Below are positions 1-8,782 of a DNA stretch of 45,040 nt, piece by piece. The stretch lies in the sequence record NZ_CP133434.1; one strand, 5' to 3'. The stretch's first letter is position 1, and every line of letters begins with the position of its first letter. This DNA comes from a plasmid. Both the position numbers and the translations under genes were made by a program. The notes beneath the pieces were generated by a model that saw only the letters and a list, made by a program, of their open reading frames with translations, searched no databases and was not told the origin of the DNA.

Positions 1-855
1 ATGAGGCTTCAGGTGAAAACTGTAACAGGGTTAACGAAAGTCAGGCATAGAAATGAGGTTGGCGTTACTCTGGCATCTCTTTCTCTTTCTGCGAAACGGG
101 TTTTATTTCTCGCACTTTGTCAGATTGATACAAAGGAAATGTTGAATGATGATATTTTGGAGGTTGATGCTGATTTTTTTTCTAAGACAACTACTTTGGA
201 TAAATATGCTGCATATGCGGCCTTAAAAGAAGGTGCAAAAGTTCTGGCTTCAACGACATTAGTTTTAAATAGAGATGATTTAAAAACCCTATCTAATGAA
301 TTGGGAATATCAACATCTAAAAACAAGATACCTGACAGATTAGATTTAAATTTAACCGAATTTTGTGCCTATTATGATCATTTGGCTACTGTTCGTATTA
401 AATTTACTAATACTGCAAAAAGATACTTTTCAAAACTTATTGGCTCTGAAAACAGATATACAACACAGGTGTTAAAATCTGTTGTTATCTTGAACAGTGT
501 AAACTCCACAAACTTATATCAGGTTATCAGAAAATACTATAGTTTAAACCCTGCGAGTAAATCCTTCGAAATTTCAGTTGACCAACTGAAAGAGGAAATG
601 GGGCTTTATAATATTGAAAATGGTGAGAAGGTATACAGATATCCAAAGTACTCTTTTTTTATTCGTGATGTTATAAACAAAAGTATAAGAGAAATCATAG
701 AAAAGACAGAGATAAGGGATATAAAATTTTCAGTGGCAGGAAAAAAAGGACGTATGGTGCATATGCTAAGATTTGATTTTTCTCTCAATGAAGATATTTC
801 TCTTTCTGATGATGAAGCTAAATTCTTGGAAGAGTTTGATAAAAAAGTCCTCTAG
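1..855 (+). CDS. pir: Pi-type replication initiator (Rep_3 family), R6K Pir-like
   Basis: N-terminus MRLQVK...KVRHRNEVGVTLASLSLSAKRVLFLAL aligns with my recall of the R6K pi protein (MRLKV...KIRHRNELNHTLAQLPLPAKRVMYMAL). The 22-bp iterons sit upstream if the window is circular. Confidence 0.85.
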   Translation: MRLQVKTVTGLTKVRHRNEVGVTLASLSLSAKRVLFLALCQIDTKEMLNDDILEVDADFFSKTTTLDKYAAYAALKEGAKVLASTTLVLNRDDLKTLSNELGISTSKNKIPDRLDLNLTEFCAYYDHLATVRIKFTNTAKRYFSKLIGSENRYTTQVLKSVVILNSVNSTNLYQVIRKYYSLNPASKSFEISVDQLKEEMGLYNIENGEKVYRYPKYSFFIRDVINKSIREIIEKTEIRDIKFSVAGKKGRMVHMLRFDFSLNEDISLSDDEAKFLEEFDKKVL

Positions 856-879
856 TGAATATATGATATGAGGTAACTC

Positions 880-1326
880 ATGGCTAAAATCTATCAATTC
901 CCTCAGGGGGAAGAACGTGCTAAATTCAGGAAAGAAATAGCCAGGGAGCGTAAGAAACGTTTTGCAGTGAAAACAGGGAGCACTTTTGTTAAGTGGCTTG
1001 GCTGGGGATGGTTTTATCTTCGTCTTCTTGTCGCGAGTGTTTTACATTTTATCTTTGTTTTTGTGTTAGCCATTCTTGGTGCGTTTAAATGGGCTGTATT
1101 CTGGCTGGGTAGTATTTTGTGTGTCATCACCTGGTATCATCTCGATCACCAGTTATGGACGCCACAAAATCTGACTATACCGGTGATTACGGCAACCTGG
1201 ATTTTGGGACTGCTGGCTGAGCCTCTGATGGAGCTGCTCAACAAAACTATGCCCTGGCACAAGTTACTTGTTCCCGAACCTGCGGACGAAAGCACCGAGA
1301 ACAGTAGCGAGATAAGCCAGCAATGA
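880..1326 (+). CDS. bis: Bis-like replication auxiliary membrane protein
   Basis: 148-aa ORF 25 nt downstream of pir with an SD (gaggtaact) and hydrophobic core. Its position matches R6K bis. Confidence 0.5.
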   Translation: MAKIYQFPQGEERAKFRKEIARERKKRFAVKTGSTFVKWLGWGWFYLRLLVASVLHFIFVFVLAILGAFKWAVFWLGSILCVITWYHLDHQLWTPQNLTIPVITATWILGLLAEPLMELLNKTMPWHKLLVPEPADESTENSSEISQQ

Positions 1327-1358
1327 TGCTACTCAGCGGTTATGCCAGTCCCTGCCTT

Positions 1359-1472
1359 TTCACTGCGATGCAGGATAGGGCAAACGCCGCAAAATGACGT
1401 CTCTGACGCCATTCCGAAACGTTTGCCCGATGACCTACAGTCGGTTCTTGTTGGAGAGTTTTATGAAATATT
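1359..1472. repeat. Left copy of ~114-bp inverted repeat (candidate ori-beta element), ~93% identical to the reverse complement of 41007-41120
   Basis: Direct base-by-base comparison: ttcactgcgatgcaggatagggcaaacgccgcaaaatgacgtctctgacgccattccg...cagtcggttcttgttggagagttttATG. Confidence 0.8.
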
Positions 1473-1819
1473 TGGTCAAAGAGTTTATTAACGAAAAATA
1501 TACTAAGGCTGTTAATATTTTAAAGGATAACCTTAAAGAACACTATCATGTTTTTTATTGTGTGAGATTAAGTGAGATTCTTTTTCCTGCCAGTGAATAT
1601 GGAACTGAACAGTTTTTTAGTGATTTTGAAAAGATAAACTCCATTTCATTACCTGTCTTAGTGTTTGATCTCAAAGAGAGTGTTCCTGTGATTGTCATTA
1701 GTCTTGATGATGTCAGCTACTGTGATGTTCTGGACGAAATGGATATTGATTTTATGAAATGTGATTCGCTGGCAGAATTGCTTACCAGCGATAAGCTGGA
1801 TGCGTTATTTAAGGATTGA
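1463..1819 (+). CDS. Hypothetical protein whose SD and ATG are supplied by the inverted repeat
   Basis: The track ORF 1394-1819 shares its first 23 codons with the taxA ORF only because both read through the repeat. The probable true start is ATG 1463 (MKYLVKEF...), preceded by ggagag. Confidence 0.45.
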   Translation: MKYLVKEFINEKYTKAVNILKDNLKEHYHVFYCVRLSEILFPASEYGTEQFFSDFEKINSISLPVLVFDLKESVPVIVISLDDVSYCDVLDEMDIDFMKCDSLAELLTSDKLDALFKD

Positions 1820-1962
1820 GTCTTATGTCCCCTTCTCTGCGACTTAACCTTCCTTTTTGTTTTTCCTTTTTCATTCTATTGTGTTTTTTGCTATTTGCTC
1901 CTTTACAAAATTATATAATTTTTCGGTTTCTTCTCCATTTTTAAAAACTCTTTCTGGAATGA

Positions 1963-2160
1963 TTATGCATCTGTTTTCTTTTGTCTGGATAAATAGAAAT
2001 CCTTTCTTACGGTATGTTTTTTTATGTTATTCCAGAAAACCTTCGAACTACCAATTTTCAGGATTTGCTCAATGTATGAACGATTTATTTTGAGACGTAA
2101 CATTAGTTCAGAATCTCTTATTTCTGATAAATAGTTAGTCCTCATTACTTTTTTCATCAA
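1963..2160 (-). CDS. Hypothetical small basic protein (AT-rich island)
   Basis: 65-aa ORF in a very AT-rich stretch. Weak support. Confidence 0.2.
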   Translation of the reverse strand: MMKKVMRTNYLSEIRDSELMLRLKINRSYIEQILKIGSSKVFWNNIKKHTVRKDFYLSRQKKTDA

Positions 2161-2164
2161 ATAA

Positions 2165-2464
2165 TCATATATATAATAACCCGATAAATATAGCTATTAG
2201 TGTAAATGTAATAATGGAAAGAAATTTTGCTCTTTCTACATAATCAGGGGCTTTTGGGGCGAGAGCAATCAAACCAAAAAGTATTATAAAATCAAATAAT
2301 GCTGCAAATGAAAGAACTAACAACGCTGCTTTTTTTATAAGCAAAATATAGCCATAAGGCTCTATATGTTCTTGTTTTTCTTGTTCTTTTATTAATTTGC
2401 TTGCTTCTGTTTTTTCTAAAACAGATAGCGTGAAGTTAATACTGTATCTATTATCTGATGCCAT
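2165..2464 (-). CDS. Hypothetical 2-TM membrane protein
   Basis: 99-aa ORF with two hydrophobic helices. Arranged in tandem with neighbouring small ORFs. Confidence 0.3.
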   Translation of the reverse strand: MASDNRYSINFTLSVLEKTEASKLIKEQEKQEHIEPYGYILLIKKAALLVLSFAALFDFIILFGLIALAPKAPDYVERAKFLSIITFTLIAIFIGLLYI

Positions 2465-2487
2465 TTTTCTTCCTCGATATTATGATG

Positions 2488-2712
2488 TTAAGCAGTTCTA
2501 AACCAGAACCAGACAACAAAACCAATCATCACTATGGTCAAAAGTGAATCAATTACTATCCGTATGACAAACGTATGATCTCCACGATAATAATAAACAG
2601 GCGGAGCCATCTTGCGATGTTCTTTATAAATTCCTTTTTTATAGGATCTGTAGTTATCAAATAACCTCCAGCATCCCAATAAAAGACCAACTAATACGAT
2701 GAATATTCTCAT
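2488..2712 (-). CDS. Hypothetical 2-TM membrane protein
   Basis: 74-aa ORF with N- and C-terminal hydrophobic helices. Confidence 0.3.
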   Translation of the reverse strand: MRIFIVLVGLLLGCWRLFDNYRSYKKGIYKEHRKMAPPVYYYRGDHTFVIRIVIDSLLTIVMIGFVVWFWFRTA

Positions 2713-2803
2713 TATTATTTTGCCTTTCCTGTCCTCAATCAGTAAGACGGCTCGACAATCCTTATTCCATACTCACAGGTAAAGGCTTTATTGCTTCTGT
2801 GAG

Positions 2804-3127
2804 CTAACCTAACTTTGCAGATTCAAGCAGCCAATGGTTTTTCCGGTTCTCGTCCAGGCTATCGAAAGCGGCCAGCGCCGCTTTAAGGATGGTTGTTTTG
2901 CTCTGTCTTGTTCTGCTCGCTTCGGCTTCCAGGATTTCTTTATAGACTTCGGTTAGCCGGAAATTCAGTACTCTTGCTTTTGCTATCAATTGCTTACTGT
3001 TTTCTTCAGGAATATGGTTTGCTGAAGGATTTAGTTTTGATGTGACTTCTGTTATCACCTCTTCAGGTAACGCTTCTAATAGCGTTCTCAGCGCATCAAC
3101 GATTTTTTTATCCATGATATTCCTCAA
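2804..3127 (-). CDS. Hypothetical protein, third gene of the partition operon
   Basis: Starts 3 nt after the parG-like stop. The likely start is MDKKIV (3115). Function unknown. Confidence 0.4.
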   Translation of the reverse strand: MRNIMDKKIVDALRTLLEALPEEVITEVTSKLNPSANHIPEENSKQLIAKARVLNFRLTEVYKEILEAEASRTRQSKTTILKAALAAFDSLDENRKNHWLLESAKLG

Positions 3128-3130
3128 ATT

Positions 3131-3361
3131 TTATTCGTTCTCTTTGAGCCAGTTATCTACAAGCTGGTTCACCACGTCAGTAATTGATGTACCTTTCCTG
3201 GCGCATGCAGCCTTAAACCGGGTGTGCTTTTCTTCATCAAAATTAACGTTAACACGTTTGATTTTTCCAGATGATACTGGTGCTGTTACTACTCGTTCCA
3301 GATCTCTGTTTTCACCAAAGGTCATTTTTTTTACTGACGTATGCGCTTTTTCAAGTGACAT
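3131..3361 (-). CDS. ParG-like ribbon-helix-helix centromere-binding protein
   Basis: 76 aa with a C-terminal RHH-like segment VNVNFDEEKHTRFKAACARKGTSITDVVNQLV. Lies immediately downstream of the ParA-type ATPase. Confidence 0.6.
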   Translation of the reverse strand: MSLEKAHTSVKKMTFGENRDLERVVTAPVSSGKIKRVNVNFDEEKHTRFKAACARKGTSITDVVNQLVDNWLKENE

Positions 3362-3412
3362 TCAGGCTACTCCTGTTTTTATACTTATTTGATTATATGA
3401 GTAAATGTGTAA

Positions 3413-4033
3413 TTACTCAAATGTTCTAACTATCTCTTTTGTAAGGATTTCTATTTCACCTTTTGCAGCGCCATCACTGGATTCAAACACGCTGTCGCCA
3501 TCAAGAATCGATTTCACGTAAACCTGACGTTGTGTAATAGCTGTACGAAATGCTTTAACACCGGTGTCTTTGATACTTTCTTTAAGCACATTCAACATGG
3601 TTGCCATTTCTATCTTACGGGTGATAAGAAAGCGGGCTTCTACTTTGCGGCTGTAAGCCTGTGCTTCCAGGACTGTAACCACACTTCCTGCTGCGGAGAA
3701 ATCCAGAGGGCTGGGGGTGACAGGGATAATTACCAGGTCGCTTACCATAACGGCTGCGGATGTGATTACTGAGAGTGAACCTGCCCCGTCCACGATAGCA
3801 AAGTCATAGTCCGCCAGATCTTTTCGAATTCCATAGACGTCTTTTTCTGATGCTGCTGTAAATACGTCAAATGCTGCTTTGCCTGCTTTGCTCCAGTTCG
3901 TCAGGCTCATTTGTGGATCTGTATCTACCACAGCAATGTTGTATCCGCTTCTGCTCAACGCAGTGGCTATGTTGATTACGGCAGTTGTTTTACCTGAACC
4001 CCCTTTCGGATTCAGAAATGAGATCACTTTCAT
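3413..4033 (-). CDS. parA: ParA/ParF-type partition ATPase
   Basis: Deviant Walker A KGGSGKTT at the N-terminus (start MKVISFLNPKGGSGKTT). The track ORF extends 10 codons further to 4063. Confidence 0.8.
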   Translation of the reverse strand: MKVISFLNPKGGSGKTTAVINIATALSRSGYNIAVVDTDPQMSLTNWSKAGKAAFDVFTAASEKDVYGIRKDLADYDFAIVDGAGSLSVITSAAVMVSDLVIIPVTPSPLDFSAAGSVVTVLEAQAYSRKVEARFLITRKIEMATMLNVLKESIKDTGVKAFRTAITQRQVYVKSILDGDSVFESSDGAAKGEIEILTKEIVRTFE

Positions 4034-4063
4034 ACTTAAATACTCAATTGTGTGTCTACTCAA

Positions 4064-4300
4064 TTACTCCTGTGAGTTTTTGAGTTTACCATACTCTTTG
4101 TATGAGTAAAGGTTAATATGAGTCTATGTATATATGAGTTAAAGAGTGTTTACTCATATGGGTTTTTGTGTGTGTGGGCATTTGAGTTTATGAGTGTATA
4201 GTGACAAGGTCACATCTACTCATTATTTGTTTTTTGGTTCTTTTAGAGTGTGCCTTTCCTGTCGATCTACTTTCTGGTGCATTTTGGGTATAGTGGTGTA
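4064..4300. promoter_or_regulatory. Partition centromere-like / operator region with iterated ACTC/GAGT (TATGAGT / ACTCATA) boxes. Serves as a divergent promoter region between parA and the resolvase.
   Basis: At least 10 copies of tgagt/actca motifs at roughly 8-12 bp spacing. More copies lie at 3380-3420. Confidence 0.45.
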
Positions 4301-4325
4301 ACCTTATGTGAACCGGTTCTGTAAT

Positions 4326-4970
4326 ATGACTTCAAATGTACCAACAAGCTTTGTCCGCGCTTATCTGAGAGCTTCAACAGCAGAACAGGATGCTTCGCGT
4401 GCCCTGGAAACTATCGAGGCTTTTGCCAGGGAAAGAGGCCTGATCATTTGCAGCTACTATATTGAGAATGAATCCGGCACCCGTCTTGAGCGCCCGGAAC
4501 TTTTTCGTCTTCTGAGAGATTGCCAACAAAATGACATTTTGCTTATCGAGGATGTGGACAGACTTTCCCGCCTGTCAGGGGAAGACTGGAATACGTTGAA
4601 GAAAATGATCCGGCAGAAAGACATCCGGGTTATGGCGGTGAATGTGCCGACGACATGGATTAATTCTGGTATGAGTGAGTTTGACAGCCGGTTGTTTGCA
4701 GCCATTAACGATATGCTGCTGGATATGCTGGCCGCAGTTGCCAGAAGGGACTATGAACAACGTCGGGAACGCCAGAAACAAGGGATAGAGAAAGCAAGGA
4801 AAGACGGCAAATATAAAGGGCGTAAACCTAATCAAGCCAGACATGATGCAATTATCAGGTTGATAGAAAGCGGTAGCTCCTGGACACAGGTACAGAAAGT
4901 GCTAGGGTGCAGCCGTGGCACAATCAGTAATGCGCTAAAACGTAAAACCGGGCAGAAATCCAGTAAGTAG
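4326..4970 (+). CDS. Serine recombinase (plasmid multimer resolvase)
   Basis: N-terminal VRAYLRASTAEQ, with the catalytic-Ser motif at the position typical of resolvases. A C-terminal HTH is present. The track ORF starts at 4308. Confidence 0.8.
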   Translation: MTSNVPTSFVRAYLRASTAEQDASRALETIEAFARERGLIICSYYIENESGTRLERPELFRLLRDCQQNDILLIEDVDRLSRLSGEDWNTLKKMIRQKDIRVMAVNVPTTWINSGMSEFDSRLFAAINDMLLDMLAAVARRDYEQRRERQKQGIEKARKDGKYKGRKPNQARHDAIIRLIESGSSWTQVQKVLGCSRGTISNALKRKTGQKSSK

Positions 4971-5124
4971 AGGAGTAGGGGGCTAATATACCTGCAAGGC
5001 AGGATATTAACTCAGGAGATTGGGTGTGTGGTGTTTAGTCAATGCATTTGAATATTGTAACTAAAATATGTTTTTATTAAAGGCCGGAGGTGGTTAGCCC
5101 CCGGCCTTAGTTACGTTTCCGCCA

Positions 5125-5208
5125 TCAGCCCATCAACTGGAGAAGGTAGCGAATCAGTTCAAGAAGCGAGATTAGTGCCCCCAGAACGATGATTGCTTTA
5201 TCAATCAT
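5125..5208 (-). CDS. dinQ: DinQ-like type I toxin peptide (27 aa, MIDKAIIVLGALISLLELIRYLLQLMG)
   Basis: Translated by hand from the minus strand. Near-identical to the E. coli DinQ peptide as I recall it. The SD GGAG sits inside the perfect hairpin ctccatataatggag. Confidence 0.6.
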   Translation of the reverse strand: MIDKAIIVLGALISLLELIRYLLQLMG

Positions 5209-5249
5209 CCGTTTACTCCATTATATGGAGCAGACTCCCGATACTTACT

Positions 5250-5375
5250 CTTACACTGCCTGTCATATCGGTTGTTCTTCGGTGTTGGTTGAAGACAGTT
5301 CCACTCCAGCCAGAGCCACCAACTCAGGGCTGGAAAACACAAAAAAGCCCGATTACCCGTCGGGTTTTTTTTGTG
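5250..5375 (+). ncRNA. Candidate agrB-like antisense sRNA ending at a bidirectional terminator (5346-5373)
   Basis: Stem gcccgattacccgtcgggc followed by T8 on the plus strand. The element overlaps the toxin 5' leader and is repeated at 16620-16712. Confidence 0.3.
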
Positions 5376-6019
5376 CCTGTCGTTTGGCTGTACTTCCGTT
5401 TTTTCCCCTTCATTTGAGGGATTTTTCTTTCATTTTTTGTTGCAGCCAGTACCGCTGATCGCGTTGGCCAACAGAACGATGCCGTTACCGGCATTATCAT
5501 GAATCCCATTTTTTCAGTAAGTTGCAGCATACAAAGTAATTAAAAAAACGTCATTTTTTGTTGATGGATGCAGTAGCGGTGGTGTGCTACGTGAAATCTG
5601 GGAAATGCTGGCGGGTAATTGACTCAATTTTTTAATCTCCGCACCTGTTTTTTTGGACGTGCCAGCAATTATGACCTGAAGCAGAGGTGCGTCCGACAAC
5701 AAAAATTCCGATCACCAGAAAAAATTTTGGACATTTTTTCCGATAATGCATTTTTGTCCAGGGGGATATGAACTACAGGGCAGGGCGAAAAGGAAGCGGT
5801 TATCTTGAATATCCATAGGATATGGGCACATATGCCGGAATAGGGCACCAGATAAAGGAAATGAATTCAGTGTATGTTGTAACTAATAGGGTCTGGACAG
5901 AATCATCTGAACGTCCAGTCGGGCGCTAATCTATAATAAATGACCGTAGAAGGGCCATTTCTACGGCAAAGTTCTGGAGATGATAAAATAAGAGCCTTAA
6001 ACAATAAAAGGGTTTGCTT

Positions 6020-6421
6020 ATGACACTGGACCAACTGCTTGAAATCCACGACCGCGCTGGGCTGAGCACCTATGAACAGGAAACAATTATATCTTTCATT
6101 AACCAGCGGCGAGGTGACTTTGGTGTAAAAGCGTTGCCGGAAATTATGCCTCCAGTATCTTGCGGCTGGATCTCCAGAAGAACAAAACAGCGTTCTCAGG
6201 AGCAGGCAGACGAAAATAGCTGGAATTATTATAAACAGAAGATTCAGGAATGGATAACGCTAATCGAATTGCATGAGGCATCACTTACCAGGGGGGAAAA
6301 GCTAAAGCGCTTTGTGGGAAAGCATAAATGGTGGTTAGGAGGCACTTGCGCAGTTATCGCATCAATTACAAGCACTGTGATAGCTAGCTGGATTCTTTCG
6401 TTATGGACTTGGGCTAACTGA
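6020..6421 (+). CDS. Hypothetical protein with C-terminal TM helix
   Basis: ATG 6020 follows aaaggg. The track ORF starts at an upstream TTG. Confidence 0.45.
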   Translation: MTLDQLLEIHDRAGLSTYEQETIISFINQRRGDFGVKALPEIMPPVSCGWISRRTKQRSQEQADENSWNYYKQKIQEWITLIELHEASLTRGEKLKRFVGKHKWWLGGTCAVIASITSTVIASWILSLWTWAN

Positions 6422-6757
6422 CGTGACAGAAGCTGCGTTACGTCCAAGTTGATAAAAAGTTGTTATCCACAGAGAACAGGGCGGTCATCCGGCGGGTTCA
6501 ATAATATGGTATTATTACAGCACCTTAAAAAATAAGGATTGCGGACGGATGATATATTGATAAAGGATACTCATGCGTGTAAAACGCAAAATACCCTGAG
6601 TAATCAGGGTATTAAACGCGGAAAAGTAAAGGTTGAGCGCTTTACATTTTCCATTCACACCAGAGGCGTGACTAAATCTAAAATTGATTCTACGGCAACG
6701 TTCAATCTACGTCAAATCGCCAATGGTTTTCCTGTTATGAAAATTACCGGAGGCTTC

Positions 6758-6868
6758 ATGTTGTTAACCATCATCGACACCTATCTTCATGCTTCATTAC
6801 TGACACAGATACTGGTAATCCCGTTTATCTGTGCGGTGGTGTGGGCGGTAAAGAAAATCCGGGTATAA
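6758..6868 (+). CDS. Candidate small hydrophobic peptide (36 aa, MLLTIIDTYLHASLLTQILVIPFICAVVWAVKKIRV)
   Basis: Strong SD ggagg 5 nt upstream of ATG 6758. The long track ORF 6539-6868 is probably mostly leader. Confidence 0.3.
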   Translation: MLLTIIDTYLHASLLTQILVIPFICAVVWAVKKIRV

Positions 6869-7018
6869 CTTGGGGTCTGACGCTCAGTGGAACGAAAACT
6901 CACGTTAAGGGATTTTGGTCATGAGATTATCAAAAAGGATCTTCACCTAGATCCTTTTAAATTAAAAATGAAGTTTTAAATCAATCTAAAGTATATATGA
7001 GTAAACTTGGTCTGACAG

Positions 7019-7891
<873 letters not shown>

Positions 7892-8061
7892 TCAATATTA
7901 TTGAAGCATTTACCAGGGTTATTGTCTCATGAGCGGATACATATTTGAATGTATTTAGAAAAATAAACAAATAGGGGTTCCGCGCACATTTCCCCGAAAA
8001 GTGCCACCTGACGTCTAAGAAACCATTATTATCATGACATTAACCTATAAAAATAGGCGTA

Positions 8062-8782
<721 letters not shown>

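Noticed and set aside
1394-1462. Apparent shared 23-residue N-terminus (MTSLTPFRN...) between ORF 1394-1819 and ORF 40471-41085, suggesting gene duplication
   Set aside because: The shared codons are simply the ~114-bp inverted repeat read as protein. Both genes have an SD-preceded ATG at codon 24, so the N-terminal extension is non-coding.
5514-5702. 62-aa minus-strand ORF and other small ORFs in 5430-6000
   Set aside because: No SD and an odd composition. The region more likely holds the toxin mRNA promoter or leader.
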